From Eutreptiella sp. 'Long Island Sound 2002' (Eukaryota; Protista; Euglenida): DNA of 64,000 nt. The notes below the pieces were generated by a model that saw only the letters and a list, made by a program, of their open reading frames with translations, ran no database searches and was not told where the DNA came from. Shown here piece after piece: positions 46,050 through 57,649 of this stretch (the first letter of the stretch is position 1; each line of letters opens with the position of its first letter). Both the position numbers and the translations under genes were made by a program. The stretch is from positions 2,046,001-2,110,000 of the forward strand of contig OZ038378.1 in the NCBI GenBank assembly GCA_964036045.1, read 5' to 3'.

Positions 46050-49000
46050 AGGGGGCACCATCACTTGCCTCCAAAGGTCATGGCACCAAAACAAATCACC
46101 TCGAAGCGAGGCTGTTAGATCAAGCGCAGGCGCGGGCGTCGTATACCCCCCTTTTTGGGGGTCGTTCATGTAGCATACCCCAACGTATGGTTTCTGACGT
46201 ATAACCCCTTGTAAAGTCATCTTTTCAGGACCAAAAATGATCCTCCAATGATTTATTGGATTTTGACCACCGTACCCCCCTGCACCTGGGTACCCTTTTT
46301 GGGGGGGGATGGGGGGGGGTCACAACTTCTTTGCGTATTGTGGTCGCTGTATGTGTATTAGGACCTGGGTCCTGAAGAATTTTGTGTATGGACCCCCTAA
46401 CCCATGCCGGGTTCCCGGGTCCCAAGTCCAGGTACCCCCAGTCACCCCCCCCCCCCCCCGATATGGCCCCTTGCCACTCAGGACTTAGCCATTTTCACGC
46501 TGTTTTCACGTTGGGTGGGCTGTTTAGCGGCACCTAAAAACGTTTCAAAATCACCTCGCAGAGGTTGTTAGATCAAAGCCAGGCAGGCCCGTATATAGGG
46601 GCAAACGCCACATACCCCCCCATTTTGGGCCTTTTTGGGCCTATTCGCGTACCCTACCTCAGAGGGTTGAATCTTTTGTTTAACCCCTTGTAAAATCATT
46701 ATTTTGTTAAATAAACACATCCCCCAATGAGTTTTTGGTCCGGACCCCCCTAGACTCCCCTTCCTTGAATCCACTTTTTTGAGGTTTTGAGGGAGGTGGG
46801 GGGGGGGGTGGGGGTGGGGGTGGGGTCAAAAAATGACCCCCCGTTTTTTTGGTTCGAAAATCATGAATCTTTTGGTTTTTTTTTTACCCAAAAAGTGTTT
46901 CCGGGCCCCGACTCCATGGGGTTCGTATGGGGCGGAGTGGGACAAGCGCTGATGCGGTTTATGCACTTTTCAGCCATTTTTGGTATGTTGGCGGTTTTGG
47001 CAACCTCGGTGACCCCGTGCCACCCACTCTGAGGGGTGTGAGTGGGGATGTGTGACAGTATATGCCTACTAGGATACAAAAGGACGTTTTTTGCAGTCTA
47101 TAGCCTTGCCGAGGGCCGGTCAAAAACCCTGCTAGAGACACAAAATGACTGTTTCCACAAATAACAATTCATTGTGCTCTCACTTGCCTACTACCACAGC
47201 AACTTAGAGGCTCGGACTGCGGCCCCCCTCCCAGCAAACATATGACCAAATGAGTACCGGTGTTCATCAGCCTCGAACTTCCTTGAGGGAGGCATGAGTC
47301 TCTCCTTCTACTGCGGCTATACCTCCCTCCCCCCAACGTGCCCCAGACCACATAGAGGCAGATGCCCCTGCCCCTTACACGGTGCAAACAACACTGAAGG
47401 TTGGCCACGACACAGCCGGCCCCCATGCGGGTACCACAGTGAAGTGTTGTAGTGTATTTCCCTCTCCGGTGTAAATATGCAGTGTAAAGTAGCATGCAGC
47501 GGACACTTCCTTTGCCCGCGACAAAACAGCTAGACAATGAGGACTTGTGGAACAGTTGCGGCATTGATCCCAGCTTTGAGGGGCTACGGGGAGCCACGGA
47601 AAACCTCGTGATTTGGCCAATAATGGCTTACATGAGTGAATGGGCCAATGCACAACCTGCTTGTGCAGTTTTTCAGCCTGGACAGCTCCAAAATCGAAGT
47701 GTTCCAAACTTTTTTGTTTGATATTGTGATGACCTAAAATGACCATCCAAGGTATGCAAAGCATGTTTTAGGCCGTATTTACGTGTTTTTCACCCTATTT
47801 GGGTATTGGGCGCGCGGGGGGGGGGGGGGGGTCCGGTCCCCCAAGGGATTGGTACACAACCTGCTTATGCAGTTTTTCACCCTGGACAACTCAAAAAATC
47901 GAAGTTTTTGAAACTCATTTTTTTGATACCGTGATCACCCAAAATGACCATCCAAGGCATGTAAAGCATGTTTTAGGCAGTATTTATGTGTTTTCACCTT
48001 TTTTGGGTATTGGGCGTGCGGCTTTGGAGGAGGGGGGGTCTCCCAAGGGATTCGTATACAACCTGCTTACCCAGGGAGGGGAAATTGTGATCACCTAAAA
48101 TGACCATCCAAGCTATGTCAAGCATGTTTCCGGTTGTATTCATGTGTTTTTTTACCCTATTTGCGATTGGGTGGATGGGGGAGGGGGGTCAAACGGGATT
48201 GGTACACAACCTGCTTATGCAGTTTTTCAACCTATACAGCTCAAAAATCAAAGTTTCTGAAACTTTTTTTTTTGCTATTTTGATCACCTAAGATGACCAT
48301 CCAAGATACGTAAAGCATGTTTTAGCCCGTATTTATGTGGTTTTTACCCTATTGTGGGTGTGTGTTGCTTCGGGTAGATTCTCTGCGAGGTGGACTTGTC
48401 GAGGGCAATAGAATTCGATTTTTTACACTCTTCCGTTGCCCTTAGGATGGGTTTGGGTGATCATTTGGTGACAATACGGGTGCTTGAGCACCCATGGGGG
48501 CCCACATCGTGGCCGCTAGGCCTATGTAGCCCGTGCCATGGCCCCGCCAAAAGCCCCAAAATCGCCTCGTAGAGGTTGTTAGATCAAAGCCAGGCAGGCC
48601 CGTATATTGGGGCAAACGCCACATACCCCCCCATTTTGGGCCTTTTTGGGCCTATTCACGTACCCTACCTCAGGGGGTTGAATCTTTTGTTTAACCCCTT
48701 GTAAAATCATTATCTTGCGGCCGCTGTCTGTGGATTCGGACCTGGGTCCTAAACAACTTTTTCTTGTATATGGACCCCCGAACCCACAGGGGGGGGTTCC
48801 GGGTCCAAAAACTCCGGGTACCCCCGTTCGGTCCCCCTATGGGCCCTTGCTACCGAGAACTTAGCACGTTTCACCCTGCATAGGCTGTTTAGTAGCACCT
48901 GCTACTTTTCCAAAATTCGGCTTTTTCCGAAAACATTATTTTGTAAAATCATTATTTTGTCCATTAGACACATCCCCCAATGAGTTTTTGGTCCGGACCC

Positions 49001-49255
49001 CCGAAATAGAGTTTGTGTGGAGCGGATCGGGATGAGCGCTGTTGCAGTTTATGCAGTTTTTAGTTACCTTTGCGATGTCGGCGTTTTTGGCAACCTTAAT
49101 GACCCCGGGGTACCCACTCTAAGGTGTGCAAGTGACGTTGTTCTGACATCATATGCCCACTAGGATGCAAAAAGACGTTTTTGGCAGTCTCTAGCCCTGC
49201 CCAGGGCCGGTCAAGGGCCCTGTCAAAGACGCGAAATCACCATTTCCACCAATAA
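46050..49255 (+). repeat. Composite R1-related repeat cluster: shuffled direct repeats 46050-47165 and 48520-49255 flanking a ~200-bp x4 tandem (47640-48370)
   Basis: gaggttgttagatcaaagccaggcaggcccgtata at ~46560 and ~48572; acaacctgctt at 47652, 47856, 48058, 48206. Confidence 0.85.
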
Positions 49256-51234
49256 TGGCTTACATTTATGGGGTCGACACGTGGCGCCGGCCAAGGGGTC
49301 CCAGGTTCGACGTCGGAGGCAATATATGCCATGCAACCTTCTTTAAAATGGGGACAAGGCTAAGTTTTGTGCATTGTAATTGTACACCATGCTTCAGCTC
49401 AGGTCCCTGCCCCCCTGCCCTTGAACTCAGAACGGTGCTCGTGCATGAGAAAGCTTGCTGGGTGTCATTCTGAAGGCAACATTCAGTCATTAGGCGTGGC
49501 CCACTGGGTTTCAGCACCTCTTTGTGGAATTTTGTTTGAGGGAGCATGGCCTTGTCCAGCCCAAGAAACGGGACGTTTTGGGCTGGCTGCAGCTGATGCT
49601 CTCAGGGGGATAGTGCATGCATGGTCTTTGGCAGACACACTGCAAGAAATGAAAGGAATGGTGATGAATGGACCTATCAAACATAAGGGATCTGGGCCAG
49701 GGGCACCACAGGGACATTGGTGCTGTTGGCCCCACATTCCATGAGTATTGGGCACAATCGGTGTGTTCGGTGTGGGAACTCTGGAGGTGGCGTGGTGCAC
49801 AAATAACAGCCCGGGAGAACCCAGGCAGCTATCAGTTTCCAGGGTTGGGGGCACCGCACTTGCTCAACACCATTTGAAACTATTACAGCCACTGGGGGTT
49901 CCGTCCGTAGTCGCTGTTGTGGGCTCTGCACGTTGCCAAGTTTACTCTTCTCTACTGGAGACCCCAATACAGCACATTACTTCTCTCTACTGATAGAGGC
50001 CCTGGTTGGGCTCTTTTCATGCATGGGGGCAATCGGGCCGTTTCTTGGTGACAAATTCTCAAAGCGGCGCGCTAGAGATGGAGGGGTGCAGATCACCCCT
50101 CCTTGGGGAAGTCGCTGTACTCAGTGCAAAGTTGTCGCACTACTGGAAGTACCAGCACCCTACTTCAAGCATCACTCTGCTCTGGGTACCGTCACTTTGA
50201 CTTTTCTTCTAAAAACGGGTGGTTGTGTCGTGCTCTCTTGTTCTTTCTCTGCTGGTACCCCATGTCAGCATTGACTCCTCTTCACATTCAGACACAAATG
50301 CATGCCACAGGCTCTCATGTTTGGTACGACACTCGCAGCAAGGGTGCCCCACTGTTGGAAGTTGTCATTGGTCCCTTCCCCTGTGGACCTTACTTCCTGC
50401 ACATTCAATACCATGGTACCGGGGACAAGGTTGTGGACCTTACAGTAGCCATTGTCAGTGCCCTCCTCCTCTGATTGTGACTCAAAGTCAGAACATGGTG
50501 ATGATAAGCCTGAGGTGGAGGTGGTATGGGCGAAGGCTGCCCGTAGGGTTTCGGGACAGGTCATGTCTTCGATGGAAAGTTGTACTTTACCCATGACATC
50601 TGCAAGGATCAGCAGATCCCGAAACAACTGAAGGTGCCTGTCAAGTCCAAGCCAGCCAAGCCAGCTGCCAAAAGAGTCGGAAAGCAGGCTGCACAGTCCA
50701 CTTCCGCCTCCTCTTCCCGTCCTCAGCCCGTACCTGAATTGCCCACTGAACATGTCCATGAGTTCAAGGTTTGGACGCGAAAAAAGAGGCTTCATACAGT
50801 GCCTGTGGAAAGAGCACGCGCACAACGGAAACATCATGTTTCAATGGGATTGACACTACCAGCGTTTTGCATGGACTGCTGCAGTTTTAGTGCTACAGCT
50901 TTGTGGTGGGGCATCACATCATGACCCTCCCATCCCTCCCTGGGGGTAAACCGTCGTGACAAAGGGAGGGGATTTCAAGGGGAGGGATGAACAAATATCA
51001 GGCGCTATGGGCAGATGAAAATGCTTCCAGAGGAGAGGATGGCGATGATGACTTGTGTTTTGGTGCTCTCAGGAGGGGTGCAGGGGTCCACCAGCACATG
51101 TGCACACAGTGCATGGCTGATGACCAAACCAGCATTCATGGCAGGCAAAAGGGGGTGATCGTGTAGTCCCGAGGGTCCCGCAACACACCACACTACCAGC
51201 CCTACGGCCCCCCATCCATTCGTGCAGCCGGGTC

Positions 51235-52422
51235 ATGAGCGCGCCCCCCCCACCCGACGGCGACTGGTCCGACAGCCTCCGCGACTGGTGGACCAGCACC
51301 GACCGCCCACGCCTGCTCGCGGCCGAGCGGCAGTGGCTGGACCGGGCTGTCCGGCTGCCCCACGCCGTGTTGGACGTGCCTATCGGCAGCGGCAACTTCC
51401 TGCACACGCTCCACGTCGGCCCAGAGCGCGTCGCGGGTGCCCCGGAGGCCCCCGGGCTGCCGGTGGTGTTGCTTCACGGGTATGGCCAAGGCCTGGGCTG
51501 CTGGGCCCCGATGTTGGACCCGCTGGCGCCCAGCCTCGGGCCCAGCCGCGGCCCCCTCTACGTCCCCGACCTGCTCGGCTGCGGCCTGTCGAGCAAACCC
51601 AAGTTCACGGCCGCCACAACGGAAGAGGCCGAGGCCTTCTTCGTGTGCGCCTTGGAGGCCTGGCGCGAGGCCCTGGGGCTACTCCGCTTCGCCCTCGTCG
51701 GGCACTCCTTCGGGGGGTACATCGCCGCGTGCTACGCGCTGCGGTACCCGTCGCGCGTGCACAGCCTCGTGCTCGTCTCCCCCGCCGGCGTGGCTGGGCC
51801 CCCGCACGAGGACCACGTCGCGGAGCTCGGCCTCGCGCAGCGCGGGCTCTTCGGGGTCATGGGCCTCTTCCACGACTGGGGCGTCACGCCGCACGGCGTC
51901 GCGAAGTGCGCGGGCGGCGTCCTCGGCCGGTGGCTCGTGGGCGGCTACGAGCGTGCGACCGGGCGGCGCCGGGGCGCGTCGGCAGAGGAGATCGAGATCC
52001 TCACGGAGTACCATCACGGCGTCATGGCGGGACAGGGGAGCGGCGAGCACGCGCTGTGCCGCATCCTGTGCCTCGGTGCCGCCGGGCGGGTCCCGTTGTG
52101 GCCCCGGCTGGTGCACGAGCTTGACGCGGCCATCCCGCTGCACTTTGTCTACGGTGGGGAGCTCGATTGGGTGCGGAACCTCACCGATCTCGCGCTGCCG
52201 CCGGCCGGGGGCTCCGTCGCGCGCGCGATCCTCGCGGAGCGAAGCGCTCGGGACCCGAAGGGCAGCGGGCAGCTGTGGGAGGTCGAAGAGGGATCGCACA
52301 TGGTCATGCTGGACCGGCCCGAGGACTGTGCTCGCTGCATTGCCGCGGCCGTTGGCGGCGCGCCGGCACCGCGGTGCCCGGAGGACGTGCAGCCGGAGGT
52401 CCCCGCGGACGAGCGCCGCTGA
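51235..52422 (+). CDS. Alpha/beta hydrolase, ABHD4/ABHD5 (CGI-58/Ict1/Cld1)-like lipase/acyltransferase, 395 aa, intronless
   Basis: VVLLHGYGQG oxyanion loop, PDLLGCGLSSKP, GHSFGG nucleophile elbow, LVLVSPAG, C-terminal GSHMVMLD (HX4D); strong GC3 bias; candidate trans-splice acceptor gtgcAG at 51226-51227. Confidence 0.93.
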   Translation: MSAPPPPDGDWSDSLRDWWTSTDRPRLLAAERQWLDRAVRLPHAVLDVPIGSGNFLHTLHVGPERVAGAPEAPGLPVVLLHGYGQGLGCWAPMLDPLAPSLGPSRGPLYVPDLLGCGLSSKPKFTAATTEEAEAFFVCALEAWREALGLLRFALVGHSFGGYIAACYALRYPSRVHSLVLVSPAGVAGPPHEDHVAELGLAQRGLFGVMGLFHDWGVTPHGVAKCAGGVLGRWLVGGYERATGRRRGASAEEIEILTEYHHGVMAGQGSGEHALCRILCLGAAGRVPLWPRLVHELDAAIPLHFVYGGELDWVRNLTDLALPPAGGSVARAILAERSARDPKGSGQLWEVEEGSHMVMLDRPEDCARCIAAAVGGAPAPRCPEDVQPEVPADERR

Positions 52423-52719
52423 GGGGCTGTTGAGTGGGGGCAAAGGCGATGAGGGGCAGGGGGCATTGCCCTGGAATTCCGCTCCGGGTTTCATTTCAGT
52501 GGCTGCTTTGGGCCCCGGGGCAGACTTGATTCTGGGCGCCTTTCCGTTGAGCGTTGCAGCCAGTTTGGATTGTGCAGCGTCACTGCGGCACACGGGCAGT
52601 GTTTAAGTGGGGTCAGAGGGCCGCAGGAATGGCACGAAAGGTGTGCTCCGTAACCCCCCCCTCCCCCCTCCAAACACCAACCGCCCTTGAATAGTAACGG
52701 GGGGATCGAGCCAACCACT

Positions 52720-52850
52720 GCCAACCGCCACCAACCACCGATCACCAACCACCAACCGCCGCCAACCGCCACCAACCGCCACCAACCGCCAGTTGCCAAC
52801 TGCCAACCGCCAACCGCCGCCAACCGCCAACCGCCAACCGCCACCAACCA
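52720..52850. repeat. Degenerate (CCAACCG/CCAACCGCCA)n simple repeat
   Basis: Direct inspection. Confidence 0.9.
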
Positions 52851-54334
52851 TGGTTGAGCACATGGAGTGCCCGCGGGCTTTTTTGGGAAAACTGGTTTTG
52901 GAACACTTTTTTTTCTTCCGTTAAGGACCCCCCTGGATCGAGGCCATCGTCGCGGGTATTGTTCGATCAGTGGCCCTGGCTCATGCCTCCATGGCTCCGC
53001 AGGCGGTCAGCCTCGGCACTGCTACTGTGGATGGGGTGCAGCAGAATCGGTCTCCGCAGGCGTACGATGCCAATCCACCGGGAGAGCGTGCGCAGTACCA
53101 CGAAAAAGTCGACGCAGTGATGACAGGGCTCCGTATCGGCGACACTGGGCTGCTCAATTGGTCGCTGGCGGTCTAAGCATCACAGTTGTTGCCCGCAGCC
53201 AAAAAGGGTCGCACACTCACCAGCAAGACTGGGTGGTCCCGAATCCATTCCACAGCCCTCCGCTGCCCTCGACACAATACGGCTGTCCTCCACGTGAAAC
53301 CAACCGACCAATCACGATGCAACCCGGCTATGGGTATAGTAACCAAATGGACTATCAGACTTCAGACTTCAGACTTTTATGGACCATCACCCTAAACCCT
53401 CCTCCCCAGCCCCTGATGCTAGGCTTTGCCCAGCCCCCCCCCCCCCCCTGTGATATCTGACTTCTGCTCCGTGACACGTTTACACTCCCAGAATGTCAAT
53501 GATGCACCGGGTCTTTTGGTGGTTCATATGCGCTCTTGTTTGCATGTTGGGCTTCGTGTCACGCGTTCTTTGGGTTCCCTTGGGGGGGGGGGGACTGTCA
53601 CTTTGGGTATGTTCCCCCGGGGATGTGAGGATACCGCTGCGCGCAGGTGGGTACTATTCAAAGGGGGGGGTGATGTGTTTGGGGCATGCAAATGAGGTGG
53701 GGTGCGCGGGGGGGATGCGGTGCCAGGCAGCGTGTCCGCACCACATGTGGGCGGGGGTTGCGAGATCCGCACGGCATTGTAGAAGTCGAACTCCTCCAGA
53801 GCCCCCTCCCCCGCTCTCGGCTCCCAGACCTACGCCCCTGGCCAGCTGCCGCCTGTTCGCCTGTCGGGCCGACAACAACATCATGACTCATCGGGGCCTC
53901 TGGGAAGGTCATGGATGTGTCTATTTCATGGTCAATGGTCAACAGTTCTGTAACCCCCCCCCCCCCCTTATACTGAGGCAAGCCCCGCAACCAGCACAAC
54001 GCTGATCCTCAAGATTCCACTTTCTCGCCGCGTCCAGTGCCGGTGGCAACGCGCCACATGGCTGGCCACCCGCCAATGCTTGCGACTGGAGGATCCTCTA
54101 TTGTAGGCGGACCACTCCATTATTGCTGTGCCGTTCCTGGCTGCATGAACATGTAAACCCTTGTACACGAGGCACTCAGGCCGCCTGCCGACCCCGTATG
54201 CCGACTGGCCGATCAGCCCCATGCTCTGCCCACGGCGTGGACCGCTATGACCTGCCTGAGACGTGCTGGGTGCTTTGACCTGCTGAATTACTTACTGCCA
54301 GTACCATTGCGGAGGGCGATGTGTCATCGGCCCG

Positions 54335-55218
54335 CGGTAGAGATAGAGGCAAAGGTAGAGGTAGAGGCAGAGGTAGAGGTAGAGGTAGAGGCAGAGGCAG
54401 CGGTAGAGGTAGAGGTCGTGGTAGAGGTAGAGGTAGAGGCATAGGTAGAGGTAGAGGCAAAGGCAGAGGCAGAGGTAGAGGAAGAGGCAAAGGCAAAGGC
54501 AAAGGCAAAGGCACAGGTAGAGGTAGAGGCAGAGGTAGAGGAAGAGGCATAGGTAGAGGTAGAGGTAGAGGTAGAGGCAGAGGTAGAGGCAGAGGTAGAG
54601 GCAGAGGTAGAGGCAGAGGTAGAGGCAAAGGTAGGGGTAGAGGTAGAGGTAGAGGCAGAGGCAGAGGTAGAGGTAGAGGTAGAGGCAAAGGTAGAGGTAG
54701 AGGCAGAGGCAGAGGTAGAGGTAGAGGTAGAGGCAGAGGTAGGGGTAGAGGTAGAGGTAGAGGTAGAGGTAGAGGTAGAGGTAGAGGTAGAGGCATAGGC
54801 AGAGGTAGGGGTACAGGTAGAGGTAGAGGTAGAGGCAGAGGCAGAGGTAGAGGTAGAGGCAGAGGTAGAGGTAGAGGCAGAGGTAGAGGCAGAGGTAGAG
54901 GTAGAGGCAGAGGTAGAGGCAGAGGTAGAGGTAGAGGTAGAGGTAGAGGCAGAGGTAGAAGTAGAGGTAGAGGCAGAGGTAGAAGTAGAGGTAGAGGTAG
55001 AGGCACAGGTGGAGGCAGAGGTAGAGGCAAAGGCAGAGGTAGAGGAAGAGGCATAGCGAGAGGTAGAGGTACAGGTACATGCATTGGTAGAGGTACGAGT
55101 AGAGGCACAGGTAGAGGCAGAGGCAGAGGTACAGGTAGAGGCAGAGGTAGAGGCAGAGGGAGAGGTAGAGGTAGAGGTAGAGGTAGAGGTAGAGGTAGAG
55201 GTAGAGGTAGAGGTAGAA
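54335..55218. repeat. ~880-bp hexamer microsatellite (AGAGGT/AGAGGC)n
   Basis: Direct inspection; source of the long (RG)n/(LP)n/(ST)n/(YL)n ORFs. Confidence 0.97.
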
Positions 55219-56347
55219 TACCCGGCGACCTCAGGCACAGCGAACGATTCTACGTCCCTTCCGGCTCGCGGTAGCGCCGAGGACGGGGTAGCTTTATTGC
55301 ATGCCCCCCATCCACCCCCCTACCCTGCCCCAATGGGGAGGACCATGTTTCTCAGTAGGCCCATCTCTGGGCATGGCGCTGAGACAGCTGGGGTTATGTA
55401 GCCACAGTTCAGCCTCATTTTGGGTGTGGCTCGGAGATGGAGAATAGGCTTTTCAGCCCCCCCCCCCCCCCCCGGACTTCTGTCTTTTAAAACTGCGCAG
55501 AATGAAGCGGGGACAATCCCGACATAGCCCCCCATGTTGGAAAAAATGGTATACCCCCCCCCCCCCCCATCCCCCTGGACGCCCTGGCTCACGTTGCGGG
55601 GGTTGGGTTTAGAACTGACCCCCCCCCCCCCCCCAAGTAACCTTTGTATTTCCGCTTTCCTCCGAGTGGCGGACCAAAGAACCGGTTCCCACTGAGGGCC
55701 AGGGAGAGGGACAAGCCCCCCCACCCCCCCCACATCTATTCCTCAACATGGTCCCCACGAACCACTCAGCATCAGGTCAGAGGTCAGTACCATGGGAGGT
55801 ATCTTTCGTCCGCACCGCTTTGCGGCCCGATGCCCAAGCCATCCCTAGGGCTGCCCCTCTATAAGCGCTTCTGAGGCTGTTTCACGAAACGACCGTCATA
55901 ACCCAACCGTCATACTCTTCCGGCCGGTGTCTCATCCAACGCGCCAATGGCCGCTCGGTCCCTGCTGCATGCTACTACCGCTGCGGGGCTGGTTGTCCCC
56001 ACACACCACAGAATTTGTTTGTCATTTGCTTCCGTTTGGGACGTGTTTCTGCCCCCGTGCAAAGTGCACAATTCACTACTGGTGTGCATGGAATCTCAGC
56101 CCCCCCGCCCCCTTTGTGAGAGCAACGCCCTTGCCAGGGCAATAGTAGGTGTAGTTTGGGTTATTCCCGGTGAAGATCGGGTTTTTTCCTGTGACTTGAG
56201 GCTGGGGATGGTATTCTGGGGATATTGGTTGCTGTCCTGCCACCCACTTTCACCCATTCTTGTCCTTTGGAATTGGCGATTGGGGAATGACCTGACGACT
56301 AGTACATTCATGATGCAGTCGTTACTGCAGCGTGTGCAAACAACGCC

Positions 56348-56436
56348 CTTGTCTCTGCCGCACGCAAATGGGGGGGGGGGGGGGGGGGTAGCTCTGCACC
56401 AGTAGTTCAGCTCGCAAAACACCCCACACTTCCACA
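56348..56436 (-). pseudogene. RanBP2-type zinc-finger-like remnant interrupted by a 19-nt G/C run
   Basis: GQMWKCGVFCELNYWCRAT[poly-Pro]FACGRDK fits W-x-C..C..N....C..C with the third Cys lost at the homopolymer. Confidence 0.35.
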
Positions 56437-57077
56437 TCTGACCATCTTTGCAAGCCCCAACCAAAGCCAATGCTGAGCCTGGTTCGACGCTCACCTGCGC
56501 AGACATTGGGGCTGCTACCGCCCCGGGCAAACGTTTAGGCGTTGCGCCCCCGACCGGCACTCTGTCAGGGCTATCCACAACTTCCCCACTCAGCGCCAGC
56601 CCACAGGTGGGGACCAGCCGCTGTACGCCTACCTGTATTGCCAACCAAAAGCGCCGGGAACACACCACGGACCGACCGGTTGTGGCCTCTGCATTACCTG
56701 TGTTGTGCCTGCTTCGTCGCCCAGGGACAAGAGCGCATTTACATGCATGCTAAGCCCGTTGCAGACAAAAATGATGACAAACTGGCATCGAGCTAGTTTC
56801 GGTTTGTTTGTAATTAGGGTGCCTGATCCCTGACATAAATGGACCGTGAAAAACAATTCGACAACATCACGCCAGGGGCAGTCCTACAGTCTGTTTTTCA
56901 GAGGCCTCAGATTGAATTCGCAGAAAGAAACATCGGCGGCAAGTGAATCTGCAATGGTTGTTGGTCAGTAAGGATACAACAAAACTACGCAGGGCAGGAC
57001 AGGCCACCAACATGCGATTCAGCGCCATGCTGCATGGTCTATTGGAACGGGTTTTGCAATTCGAACTGATGGGGGAG

Positions 57078-57610
57078 CGTTAGCGCGCCGGGCGCGCGCC
57101 GGGCATCTTTTTTGACCCGTGCCCCACCAGTGACCTTTTAGGGGCTGCACTAAGCACAACTATTTGGACGTCTAGCCGTCCTAGAACCCCATACTTTGTG
57201 ATACTATGGGCATTATTGACAACGGGTATTTTGATGCTTCTTTCACATTCGGGATATGGTTTATTTGTATTCTCACCCACTTTCACCATTTTCTTCCATT
57301 TTTTGCTTGTTTCCACCACATCCACTCCTTACTAGGTTGATTTCTCCCCACCATGGGGACCCCAAGAAAGCATGGGTAATGTAGCCATATTGATTTCTCC
57401 CCACCATGGGGACCCCGAGAAGGCAGGGGTGATGCAGCGAATACTGAGTTTGCGCTTCGTTCTTATGACGTGAGAAGGTGTGCAGTCCATAATGGTCTAT
57501 TTGGGGGGCCTTCTCCATCAGAGGGTAAATCTTGGGCTGAAGTCGGGATAGTTATTAGAAAGGTAGCGCGCCGGGCGCGCGCCGAGTGCGCGCCGGGCGC
57601 GCGCCGGGCA
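57078..57610 (+). repeat. Dispersed repeat family R5 with terminal direct gcgcgccgggcgcgcgccg motifs
   Basis: Motif at ~57081 and twice at ~57564-57608; core homologous to 32250-32460. Confidence 0.75.
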
Positions 57611-57649
57611 AACATTCCCCCGATGTAGAACAATGTCTTGCAGTCTGTC

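Noticed and set aside
51222-52606. Overlapping 300-390 aa ORFs around the hydrolase and Tim17 exon 2
   Set aside because: Shadow frames of GC-rich coding sequence.
54245-55238. Long ORFs (LP)n, (YL/CL)n, (ST/SA)n as genes
   Set aside because: Automatic consequence of a hexamer microsatellite.
56415-56445. HUH/Rep motif (TPHFHI) on the plus strand
   Set aside because: Flanked by stops, no Rep motif 1 or 3, and antisense to the RanBP2-like relic.
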